NCBI GenBank assembly: GCA_002633005.1
Contig: NMRA01000073.1
Coordinates: 396,809-460,149, forward strand
Length of the DNA stretch: 63,341 nucleotides
Direction of reading: 5' to 3'
Source of the DNA: Phoronis australis
Lineage: Eukaryota > Animalia > Phoronida
In this document: positions 23,539 through 36,000 of the stretch, one piece after another
How positions within the stretch are numbered: position 1 is the first letter of the stretch
Layout of the letters: every line of letters begins with the position of its first letter
Position numbers and translations under genes: made by a program
The notes under the pieces: model-generated
The model's database searches: none
Seen by the model: only the letters and a program-made list of their open reading frames with translations
Told to the model about the DNA's origin: nothing

Positions 23539-26500
23539 GTAGGTTTCTAAAACAGTCTTAGTCACAATTTTTACAAAATGCCTCTACGTGAAAGTATTCC
23601 GTTGCAATCGGCGCTTCCAGCTTGACGTTAAATTGATTTCAGTTTTCGGTTGTCTCCAAGACTAGACCGCAAGATCAACTCTGTCGACTGATTTTGTTTG
23701 AAGTCTTGTTTCATTCCCCACAACTTAGGGTTTGATTGTCTGAATGATGTTCCACAAATTGAGATTTGTGGTCGAGGCTTTGCGTGGTATTTGAGCAAAG
23801 ATTGTAAGATAAATTGCAGCAACACGACTAAAACTTGGTCAACGCAGCCTGTCTCTGGAGCAAGTTCCCCTATCGGGCATTTCGTATACTATTTTTACTT
23901 GGCGAACAGTGCCCCATGTAATTTTCGGAATAAGCCGCCAGTCCAACTTCGGTGTAACAATTGAATAAAAAATTCTCTGGTTTGTTGGCTTCCCAAAATG
24001 GAACAGTTTCAGTGATAGGTGATTAAGGTCCCCACTGTTGAAGAAATTAGTGAAAGAAAGTATTAAGATAAACCAAAAATTGCCCTAGGTGTCTTTGAAC
24101 ACTCTTTGGCCATGATAACTAGCACTTATCCACAAAATTCTGCCAAGTCACATCGGATTATGTGTTGCATAACTTGATTTTATAAATTAGCTTTTTTGAT
24201 TTGTATTCTACTAGTAGTTGGCGGTACTGCCTAGTTCCAAATTTTGAGCTACGGCAGTAAAAATGAAGGAAAAAGTTGCCTGTGATGTTGGCGGATGTCT
24301 GAAAAAGAAAAGGCGCAAGACTATGCAAAACAAATGGTCTTCACCTTTTAGCTAATCTACGAAATCAACAGAACTAATGGTACCGTAATTCTTCATTGTT
24401 CCAAAGTGGAAAAATTTTGCTGCATATGTTGACGTATTAGAAAGGTAAAAATATACTTTTTTCTGAATATACCACCGTGAGGTTTACTTTTGTAATTTTT
24501 CACTTACGTCACAGAAAAGTAATTGCCAAAATTGTCATTTTTTAATTTTTAAAGGCCCATTAGTTCACTGCAAATAATAGAAAATTTACCATATGTTGCT
24601 TGAGGACATCTAGGCAGCACAAACCAAGCTAAAGTGACCTAGAATTCTTCTTAATCTTTTTTGTTTGAGAAAAATAAAATTCAATAGGCTACCATATTGT
24701 ATGCAAAATCTGTGAAGAGTTGCCATGACAGAAATTCTCTGTATAATGCAAAAATGGCATAAACACACATTTGTAATCCATCGTGCTTTTTTAAAAAATA
24801 TTTGTTTAACTTACACTTCCTTGCCTTAGAGGTCATTGTAGTTAAATGCTAAAGTACACCAGCCAATCGAAAATGTTTTGTCTCTTCCTAATTTACCAAT
24901 AATACCATCAACTGTTTTAATACAAATTCATCTATTTGATTAGCTGTTGCCTTTCTCCAACCCTTGCTACATCAAAGTTTGTTTTTTGTGACCCATCATG
25001 TCTTGGGTTAAAGGTTCTTACGCTGACAGATATGTTTGACATATGGACCATAAGGTTTATGTGTCATTGATTGCACTGTTGTTATCATTAAAGTCCATCA
25101 TCACATTAGTTTGATTTAATTATGTTGGTAAAGTCAGGAGCTACCTGGAAACTACAAAGCTGTTGTATGCGGAGTTGGTGAGCAATATTGAATCAATGGC
25201 AAATATTCATTAGAGGACCAGAAGAAATGTTTCTGAAAGTTGCATTTCACGCTGTTATGCTGACTGAAACGAAAATTGGACCGGACCTCTCCGACTCCCA
25301 CTCTCATAATCTTTACCGTGGTATGATTTTATTTTCATTATCGATAACACTGAAATTATCAGTGACTCAAGAAAACGCTTAAGGATTTTTTGGCCTTGGC
25401 CAACCCCTAAGGGTCAGGATTCAAAAAATGGGACATGTGCCGATTGCTCGTGACTCGAGTTGTCAGTTGATTTGACAACAATTCAAGATTGGAATTCAAT
25501 ATTGACAGGGTGGAATGCAGCTTTAAATTTTAGATTACATATTCATTAAAAAATAATGTTAAAATTTACGGTGCCATGTACAATCTAAACTATCTCGTCC
25601 ATTTCTATTAAAAATTTGTCTCTTACTCAAAAATGGTCTAATTAAAATGGCTACTGCAATTAATGTCAGACATAGTCTAAATTTCCTGTTAAAAAAATCC
25701 AGGACATCTGCATTTATTTTTACTGCTACTGTACGATAGTGGTGGAATGTTAAACTAGTCAGTTGGCTTGTGAAAGCGTTGCAAAACAATCCAACATCAG
25801 CTTTTGTTGTCTAATTTAGTTTGCCCGCATGTCCTCTGTGTTTGCGTTGCTGTCTACCTTCTCCTATGAATGTGTTGTCTCTTTTGTGAAAAACATTTAT
25901 GTGTCCACTACGTCTACTCCTATGCTTTTTGTGGGGAAATATGTTGATTTTTGCATAGCTGCAGAGAGGAGTGTGTGTTGAATAGTTACAGAGACATTCC
26001 TATTGTGTGCTAGAAGACAAATATTTGGCCAAATACATTCCAATGAAAAAAGAAAATGTCAACAGCCACAGTTTTCAAAGGGAAATGTACTTCTGCTGGT
26101 GTTCTAAAAATAGCATGCTGGCAGTATATTTTATACCCAATTTGCTCATGACTCCCCCCCCCCTCCCAATCTGCCAATGAATGTTATATTATTTGCAACC
26201 AGCATGTTTGGTTGAGGTTGAACATGGGTTGCTAGTTTGATGAGCGTTCCAGTTGTCTCAACAGCACATGTCATATATTTAGTAACAGTTAACAAGCACA
26301 TCTGCATGGGTTTCATTCATGGTGTTCTAAGAGATCAGTGTTGTGAAACCTTATGCAATCAATACTGGGATTTATTTCTTGGCATTGTGTAGTGTTTGAC
26401 TGTCAAGTGCCAATGGCTTTTCAACCAATGGACAATTGATCTTTATTGTACTGTAGAAAGTGTAATTAAGGCTTAGGCTGTTATTTGGACTAGATATGTA

Positions 26501-28696
26501 ATGTTGGGTGACAAGGTGAGATGAGGGGATAACCTTTACAGTTTACAGGTTGCCCAACTCTGGCCAGTAGGTCAGTTTCACATATCTTCATTAAAATTTT
26601 CATTATTAGCAATATTTGAGTATTTTTCGTTATTTTTGTCTAGGTTTGTTAATTCTTAACATGATTTGACAAAAATTATGGCCAAAATTATATTTTTTTC
26701 TATTTTTTCAGGGCTTATTACCATGATGTAAATGATGAATGTTTAAGTTTAGCGTGCTGAAGTTCAAAATTAAATTCTTTTTCATTCTGAGAAATAGGAC
26801 AGACAGTTACGGTATTCAGTATATTTCTCAAACAGTATTACGGTAGCATGCGGAGGTTAATGTCCAATTAAATACAAGACATTGAAGAGACTTCCTTGAA
26901 AGCCACAGAAAAATGATACAGAGTGTCTGGAAATTTGACTTGTGGGACCAGATGCTAAACTTTTCGCCCATCACTTTTTTGGTTGTATATCCCTGATATC
27001 GCCTATTTGTTAGAAGGGTGACCAAAACAAAATAATAACTTTGCCATTGCCTCATGTTGGAGAAGTTTTGCTGTAATAATAGAGTAAGAATATTAATCTT
27101 CATTTTTGTTGTGAAAGTTGACGAAATTAATTGTCACTTTTCCTCCATATCAGGAAGAGATAACCAGGAAGGGACAACTAGCTAAACCGCCGTTTTTGGC
27201 CTCCATTCCCGGTCTAATTTCAGGACTTAAGTTTCGTTTAAAAGGAAACAGATGATTTTATCAGAGAGATTAAAGCTTTTTCTATAGAAGGATATCAAAA
27301 AACTCACTTTGCAACCTTAAACAGTGGTGTAATTGTACTTTAAAAATATCGACTTCAGAGCACTCAATCGCAACTTCCCACACGCAGTCACGGGTATTTA
27401 AGCTTTTCCGTCGATGTATAGATGGCGCAGTAGTCAAGTACTCCCTCATTTGCATATCAAATTTGCATGTGGGAGTTCTGAGACTCTCGTCAGTTGTTGG
27501 TCGAGCGCTTGAGTGGATAAAGCGGTGACCTCCCACTGAGAGCACGCACTGATGAAGATACCACTCGATCGCTTCGCAATCAGGAGGTGAAAACACTCTC
27601 ATGACCGCAGTTCTGAATTTCAGCTAAGCAAGCCCTATTTCGAGGAGCGGACTTTGAATTGTTTTCGTCCCCTGACAGTGGATTGCAGAGATTAGAATGA
27701 GGTCAACATCAAACTTTCTGATGCTACATGTCGTGTTGACAAAAGTTTAAAGTGTCAGAACCATAGAAGGAGCGTGCGGGATGTCTATGATTCCTGTTCT
27801 TCAGTTGACGAAAACATTGCTATTGGCATAAAGAATGGCCGTGGGAAATTAATTTTGAGGTGGGCACCTGTATCCAAGAATAAATATTAATACTCTGTAA
27901 TATCTCATCCTCCGCGTTTCGTTTCTTTGACGCTGTTTGAGGTTGCGGTATCGTGAAACAACTCTGTCGGGTGAGAGAAGTTGGACCGAATAATTGGAAT
28001 TGGCTGCAGTTCTTCATTTAGAATGCCCGGACTCAACTGTGTCGTTTTCTTGGCAAGTCTCTTGCCTGCCGAATTTTTTCTGAGCATTGAAGACATCGGC
28101 CTTCTCTTGCGCCAATCAACTTTTTATCTGCTCAGGCTACAAAAATGTTATGCCTAATTTTCTACCATTTTAGCACACTTTGTGGTTCTGCTACAGTTAG
28201 CACTGCCATAATCGTATTTCTTAATTCCGCCACAGTATGCATACTTGGAAGTTAGTTTTGCTAGGTGTTGTTCATCATTAAATGCCTCAAATTCCTTGAC
28301 GCCATGGACATTTCCGTCAACACAAAACGCACCCTTGCCATTCTTAAAAATTCGTATATATGTGCTATAATTGCTTCAAAGGACCGGCAGTAACCGTGGC
28401 TGGAATGTCGGTAGCTTCGCGACTAAGTATACAACTAACTCCTGTTGAAATTCTCCATACTTCCAAATTCTTGTTTGCAGGTGCTGGTAATTGCCTTCAA
28501 TGGTTTTCATAATAAGAGACTAGAAATGCGAGTTGTCACTGCCTTACATTTTCACTGGCCACCTTGCTACAGTCGACTTGCGCAATAGCCGAATTAGTGT
28601 CCACATTTGTGGTCACGTGCCGGATACAGGCCCATGAGACAAGTTGCAGCAACAAATTCAGTACGAATCTATAAACCCTTTTACACGCACAATTAA

Positions 28697-29994
28697 AGGT
28701 GAAAGCAACCTTTTTTCATGTCACTTTTAGCACAAATAAGGTTCGTTGATTATCCCAGACACATTTTTCACTTAATTGCAACTTTTCGTAATTTGATTAA
28801 TTTCTCGTCATCTACTCCGGAAGTGACGTTTGGGGAGGCAAGAGTTTCGCGCCAATTTCTTTTCATTATAGTCTGACTGTGAGAGCTGTCGAGTGAGTCA
28901 TTGTTCTACCTCGGTTGTGATCAGTTCGGTCGTCGTTTGCTTTTGTTTACAAGTCAGTCAACATGCCACGTCTCACACGCGCTTTGGGTACCTTGCGCCG
29001 CTTTCCGAAGGATGACACACTTCGCGTACTTGGCTAGCTCGTTCATGTGAAGAACGCAGCGTTACCCGTCCACGCAACGTACAAAGCAGTGGAGGGTTAC
29101 CGAGTGTGTAGCAAGCATTTTCTGCCGTCAGATTATGACAGATATGCACGCTGAATTGATGAAGGTCACTGCAAAACAACGCCTTAAGAAGGGTACCTTA
29201 CCGTCGCTGTCGATTCCCGGCAGTGCTCCGTCGCCAACCCCGAGAATTGCGTTTTTGAAGCGAGAAGCCTCGGGAGCTGTGGCCACTATATACACTGACT
29301 GGAGGCACTTCATCTGCTGTCACCCGTGCCTCCGAACGTACCCCATTGCGTGCAATTTCGGAAACTAGCAGTGATTCGCCCTGTGCTGTTGTCTCTGAGC
29401 CCAGAGCGTGTAAGCAGTCCTGCAGCGATGTTGAGTAGTGGGAGTGAATACAGGCCCAGTTCGACACCCAGTGAAGAGGACAGTTCGTCATCCAATGAAC
29501 AGATCGGTGAGCCTAAGTTTGATAAGTTTATTGTGGACTTGTATTGGAGCTATTTGGAAGGTGCCAGGTGTGTGGCGAGGGAGTCACACGGAGGGATGCA
29601 AGCAATTTGGGTGCTCAGATCACTCTTCAGTGGGAGTCTGTCGCGGGACACTCGGGCAAGTGGGACAGTTCTTACTCTGTACGTGAGACAATAATGAGTA
29701 CACCCCAGTACGCAGCAACAGCGTGGCATGTTGACTGACTCCTAAGCAAAAGCAAACGACGACCGAACTTATCACAACCGAGGTAGAACAATGACTGACT
29801 CGACTGCTCTCACAGTCAGACTATATGAAAAGAAATTGGCGCGAAATTCTTGCCTTCCAAAACGTCACTTCCGGAGTAGACAACGAGTAATCAATTAAAT
29901 TACGAAAAGCAGTAAATAAGTGAAAAATATGTCTGGGATAATCAACGAACCTTATTTTTGCTAAAAATGACATGAAAAAAGGTTGCCTTCGCCT
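28697..29994 (+). mobile_element. Kolobok-type DNA transposon, internal deletion derivative
   Basis: TTAA lies on both flanks (28693-28696 and 29995-29998). Imperfect TIRs of ~273 bp (28697-28970 and 29722-29994) begin with AGG. THAP and transposase-like remnants are inside. Confidence 0.85.
28963..29680 (+). pseudogene. Frameshifted THAP-domain / Kolobok-type transposase N-terminal remnant
   Basis: Pieces across frames: LRRFPKDDTLR, W, YRVCSKHFLPSDY, RLKKGTLPSL (THAP pattern), then SEYRPS, EPKF and ELFGRCQVCG...GHSGKWDSS. Confidence 0.78.
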
Positions 29995-30471
29995 TTAAAC
30001 GCGCAAAACTGATACTGTATTTCTTAAACCTTTAATTCAATGCTCAAGCTATACAACGAATGCGTGTTGAAACACAACATTGACCTTGGACCAACGATGG
30101 ACTCCTTGCATCAGGACCTTAGTAAGCGGGGGGAGGGCGAGTGCCACCCCAAAAAAATTGCATGCCTCAGGGTCAAACCATGGCAACCGACAAAGGTGTG
30201 GGGCTGGGGAAAGACAAAAAAGAAAGACTTCGAATACTGATCAGAGCGAAAATTCAAGAGAACATTGACAACTCGGTATCAGTGTATGGCTTACCATTTG
30301 AGGGCCCTGGCCAGGACAATTGTTGGGTCTCCGTTTTTGCAGCATAGGTCGTCTAAGTGCCCTTGAAAATGTGCACTTAATCATTCATACATGTATTTCG
30401 AAAATTCGAGAAAATTTGTAAAGCAAAAGTTTTTCGGAGCGTATTAATTCAGTCCAAGTTTTCCAGTGGTC

Positions 30472-30540
30472 CATAGGCGGTGCACTACAGGGGGGCTGAG
30501 GGGGCTTTAGCCCTCACTTTTTTCAGTACTGCGCCTTCTG
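30472..30540. repeat. Short hAT-like MITE remnant, second copy at 1-42
   Basis: gggctttagccc.cactttttt(t)cagt.ctgcgcc is shared with window positions 1-40. Confidence 0.6.
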
Positions 30541-31338
30541 TAAACCTCCGGCATGACACTACCAACTACTCATGAGGGGAAGTTGAGATTCCAAATTCAT
30601 CAAAAACACAAAACATTCGTGCACAGCACAGAAGCTGTCTTGTAAGAAATGGCGATGCGTCACTGAACTTAGTTGAAGCCTGAAGGCAAAAATTCGATCC
30701 ATCATCTGACCACCATATCGCAAAGAAGGACCCTAAACGATAACAGGGGTATTTCTTGAATGTGGGGCAGCTCTAAATGCTTTATTGAATTAAAAACTAG
30801 ACTAATGAAATTCAAAAATTTACAAACCGTAGATCAAAAAAGAAGTTCAAGTCATTGCTCATAAATTTGGAAAGATTGTCTTTGCACTTCCTTGATGCTT
30901 GTAGTTCCCAGTATTGTGCAATGAATTTAGGTTCTTCTAGACCGAATCGTTTGCTTGCCATTCCCGTGCACACTGCAAAGGCTGGACACGTTGTGACTCA
31001 GTGACGCACCCACGTTAAAAATAAGGTGTAGTCATGCAGTAGAATCCGCGCACACTGATTGACGGGGAAAGAACTTGAACTGCACTGAGGGGTTGAAGTG
31101 TGTGCATTTTTGGGACACGCGTTCATTTTCCCAGCCGCCCTGCAGAAGCTGGACCAGTGGCCGTGTTTCAACAAGGAATTTTGATACAGCTCTATAGGCC
31201 AAGGATTTCGGGATCATATCTTTCCAAAAAATCTTCAGGAAATGACCGTATTAAAATGAACTTTTCCCGAAACTGGGTCAAAAAACGACCTTGGAGCCAG
31301 AACACGGGTATAGGTTCGAGTTAAGCCGCACGTCTCGA

Positions 31339-31498
31339 ATGAATCATAGCGGAGCTGACCAGCGACTAGCATTAGTTCGTCGAATTGCGCATGAATCATA
31401 GCAGAGCTGACCAGCGACTAGCATTTAGTTCGTCGAATTGCGCATGAATCATAGCAGAGCTGACCAGCGACTAGCATTAGTTCGTCGAATTGCGCATG
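31339..31498. repeat. 52-53-bp minisatellite, three near-identical copies
   Basis: atgaatcatagc(a/g)gagctgaccagcgactagcatt(t)agttcgtcgaattgcgc starts at 31339, 31391 and 31444. Confidence 0.95.
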
Positions 31499-32992
31499 CA
31501 TGGATCAGACTTCCCGGCGACGCCACGACACCGGCCACCGTGGCGGGAGCAGCTAATTTCTTGACTAACACCTGCTTCTAAATCTGGATTTAAGCAAAAT
31601 GACGAAGTCCACGCATACACACATGCAAACGTATCCAAATACAATTAAATGTATTTTCATGTGAAACCATTCAATGTTCTTTGAACATTGACTTGTATGA
31701 GTTCTTAATTTTCTTAGATCTGCCCAATCAGATAGAACTGCGTTTCAAGTCATTCACTATAGGCACTCGAGGGTTCAAATTGGAAGCTCGCGCCGTATCG
31801 CGTCGTATGACGTAGACGATGCGAGCCTCATTTGCATATATTAGTGACATCTGTTGGTTCAAAAAAGAGGATCATGCCCGAGTACATGCCTGGGAAGAGG
31901 CATCTTTTGGAAGGGTAAAACAAGTCATGTTCAAAGCATCCCAGTGCCATTAATATGAAGTCTTTGGGGACAAAAGTGGTGTCATTTTATAGCTAAAGAG
32001 TTAAGCTTTCACACACAATGCTTGGATTCCAGACTACTTTAACATTTACTTTTGAAATCACCTTTGAAAATACGTTAAAATGCGCTAAAACAGTTGTCCC
32101 TTCCTGGTTATCTCTTCCTGTCCATATGATATTGTGTGCAGTTTTTGTAGAATTGCCAGTTCTAACCAGAATGATGGTGATTTTAGGAGCAGGAATCACT
32201 TTTGTACAAAATAAGTGAAGAATGAGTCAATGCCACCACTGCAATAATATCTCTACAATCTCTGTACTATAGTTACAGTACTCCCTGAGTGCTTTGTATT
32301 TTCCTGCTTTTTTCAAATTCCTACTTTTTGTAAAGATTCACCAATTAGTAAATTTCTTGAATCTAACAAAGAAACATCTAGTTCATAAGCCGTAAAATAA
32401 AAGTGCAATAATCATATAGTACTATATCAGTTAGATTTTACAAGCTGTCGGATTGAACAATGTCTCCTCTCATGCAGCTGCAACTTTAGTATTGCATGAA
32501 AGGTTTCTTGAAATAAGGTGTCAAAACTGTTCAGTGTTCATCCTTCAGTCACTAGAATAAGGGAAGATGGGGATTGTCTAGAATTATTTGGATACGTTTT
32601 AGTTTATAATAGGTATCCTTAATTTTATGATACTACCTTCAGTAAAATTTTATTCCTCCCAGAATTCCCCCCGAGTAATTTTATGATTCCACCTTCAGTC
32701 AAATTTTTCATTCATTCACTTCCTTTTATGTATATTCGCATTACAATTTCTTTTCCAGATTATGATGTTATCTAATTGAAGTTTGTGCGAATTACAATTT
32801 CACTAATTGAACTTCTAACCATGCAACAATCCCTCTAAGTGTTCCTGCGTTTTTTGTGAAGTGTCTTTCCTACTTGTTTGTGAAAACCTGTTGTGAGACC
32901 TGTAGTTACTCACCGAGAGTTTAATTTGTATGAGTGACGTAAATTGATCATAATCTTCAAAATTTTCATTTCCAGATACCAGAATCTCCGCA

Positions 32993-33010
32993 ATGCCTTC
33001 GCCAAAAAAG
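32993..33010 (+). CDS. LBR: LBR coding exon 1 (MPSPKK)
   Basis: Acceptor ttttcatttccag ends at 32975, ATG is at 32993 and the donor is AAG|gtacgt. Phase 0 fits the next exon, and the start resembles the vertebrate LBR start MPS. Confidence 0.75.
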
Positions 33011-36000
33011 GTACGTAACGACCATTTCTATTGTATACATGCCTTAGCTTGACCAGTGGTAGCATTTCTGCCATGTGTTAGTAGTTATGGGGATTTGTCA
33101 ATGCCTGCTTATTAGAAGATAACTCAATTACTCTGTTAAAGGTTTGGGCATGGCATTTATGGGAAAGGATGTTTCCTTCTGTTTTGAAAACGTTTAGATG
33201 CTGGGCATTAAATAACGAAATTGTGAAAGGTTTAAAACTGGTCAAGTTAGTACTTACCGGAATTTTTGATGTTACAATGCATCATTGCAGGCCATCTTGG
33301 TATGCTGAAACCTATAAAAAAGTTGCTGTTAATTTAAAGTGGTCCAATGACCAAAAATTTTCTGGTGAATTTGTGGTCGGCAATTTTGCATAATTGTGAT
33401 GTTTTGTTACGTTATTATTGACTTATTATGACAATTGTTACTTCAACAATTCGTGTTGATGTAACTATGTCTGAATGTTTTTGCACACACGTTTTGTTTC
33501 GTTTTTGTTTTAAAGGGCCGTAGCTCTGAACACAAAAAGGGGGAAAGTGTGTATGCAAAATGGCCAGGGAGTAACTTGTGGTTCCCTGCCAAAGTTCTCG
33601 ACCTGACTCGTACCGGTTATGAGGTTGAATTCCAAGATGACGCTAGAACGGTTGAGAGTTTAAGTTCTACCTTTGTAAAAGTAAGTTCATGTTGCATATG
33701 AAATGGCTGTCTCGCAGGGACGTTTTTATTAAGCCCAATAAGTGACAAAATGTACCACGTTTCGTGCCATGGCCATACGGTGGTTTGCTTTCTCATTTTC
33801 TACCTTTTACCTCTGTGGTTGTATTGGAAACTATTTTCGTTAAACATAAGTTTAACGCAGCAATGTAAGGTTCTGTTAAAGACACTACAATTTCAGTTTA
33901 CTGTTTCTGGTTTTGTGTATTTTTTCTATTGCAACTTGCGTAGTCTTCTTAAAAGATGATGTGCAGTCATGATTAGTAGATGTTCTCGAAGTTGCATTAA
34001 AATTCCAAAAATAAACTGGATTGGTTATCAAACTGCCGAATGCTAACCACTCTTGTTGGATACTGATAGAGAAAACTTAAGAACGCTTGTAAACCTAACG
34101 GTAATATTTCTTATCACAAGTTCTGCTGTGATCTTTGTACGCATATTCACTGTTGACCTGAAGTTCAAGCCTGGATCAGTCTGTGTGGGTGCTACACATA
34201 ATATAATGTGTGGATTAATTTTTTATTTATATTGTAATTTACATTGAGTTACAATACTAACATTGAGCATAACTGCACTCCATTTAAATTGTCCCACTTA
34301 ATAATGCATGTATATGACATTAATTTTGGCTTTGGGTCATTGGCAATACTTCTTGTAATTGTAAGCAGTGTATACAACTCTATGGGAACCAAATGTGGTA
34401 GCAAACCACTCCTTGTTATCTCTGGTGTTATCTGGTTACTCTTGATAGTAGGTCAGAGTCACACTTGTGTGGCTATGTAGAGATTCAACATGACAAAGTA
34501 CTGTCTTTGAGCCTAGTCACTCTTTGCTCAGTTCATGAGTTATCTCCCTTGTTGATCAGCTGTTCTGCCCACACATCAGCTCATGTTCAGCATGCTTTCT
34601 GTTGCATCACTTGGCCGTAGTGTGTATGAGAGTGAGAGTTGATATTTCTCTTAGCATTTATTGGGAAGTCTGGTCATAATTTTTAGTACTGATTTTTAAT
34701 AAATGTGCAAATGTCTGAATTGGCTTAATTTTGGTTTCACTAGTTGGATATTTGTGAACTCAGTAGTTACAATTGACTTATCTTTGCAGTTTCTGCTGCA
34801 TCAGTGTATTCAGATACTGTTGTGTAATGATGTTTACAGTAGTGAATGTTTAATGTCTTTTTTGCAAACTGTTTCCAGTCAGCAAGAACCTTTTCGAATC
34901 CAAAATCACCCAGCCGTGGTCGTTCAAGGAGTCGAGGTCGATCACGCACCCCGTCACGGGCACGTTCAAAGTCAAGAACAAAGGCAACGCCATCGCCATC
35001 ACCATCTCGCACATCCCGAGGACGATCTCAAACTCGCCAGAAACGTGCCGATACTCCTGTGACACCGAGTCGTCACTCTGCCAGAATTCAAGCCCTTATT
35101 GAAGAGAAGGTAAAATCTGTTTTGTTTTGTGATGATATCTCCAGACTTGAGCTGGGGAGCATAAATGTTTCTAGTTCCGTCATTTTAATTGCTATTTTAC
35201 TTCGTGCTCCGATTTACTGCAGTGCTGGGAGTTGGATGTAGACTGCAACACTTTTTGTGAAATATCTTGTGAAGGGGACGACTCTATTTCCTGATCTTTC
35301 ATCACAGTAAATAAGTGTTAGGGTTTCTTTTCATAACTACTGACTGTAGATAGGCACATAGCATTGCATTCACACACAGAGACTCATCTTGCAACTGTCA
35401 TGACTATATTTGGACGGCCCATTTTTATTTATCCAGATGTGAGTTCTTCTCCAGGGTTCAAACTTATGTTTGGAACATGTGAGCAAATTTTAGCTTGTAG
35501 CTTAAACAGTTTGGGGCAAAATCAAAACATCAAGAAGCAATGAAAATTAAATTGATCTTTATTTGAATTTGAGCTCCTCGAATGCAAAACATATGCCTGT
35601 GACCATTCTTGCCTAGGGATTCTTCTCAAACTGGACTGCCCAGGCCAGATTTCTCGACAAGTGAAAGTTTTATATTGGTCAGGAGTACATAACGAAGTAA
35701 ATGTCTGTAGTATCACTGTGATTTATTACTGGTTCAAATGATTATGTGAGCTGTCAAAAAAAAATCTTGATCTACAGTAGGATTGCATGGTAAAATTTTA
35801 TGCATCTATCGATTGATTCTGGAATTATCCTGAAAAACACTGCATGTTGTACTCGAGGGTCGGAGTTCTTGACAGGAGAACCAGATGTCATCTTTGAATA
35901 CAAAGTGGCATGCTTACGTCATGATCACGGTAGTCTTGAAATCTTGAAGAAACCATGGCCTCTGCTCAGCTGAGTGGAAAGGTGTCTGTGCCTTCCGAAA

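Noticed and set aside
27820-28400. Possible decayed coding sequence on the minus strand
   Set aside because: Multiple stops and no recognisable domain.
31339-31498. Three 52-bp repeats as a possible CRISPR array
   Set aside because: The units are head-to-tail with no spacers, so this is a minisatellite.
31874-31914. MPEYMPGKRHLLEG as an alternative LBR coding first exon
   Set aside because: Splicing to 32976 would be out of frame with the LBR ATG, and the donor is weak.
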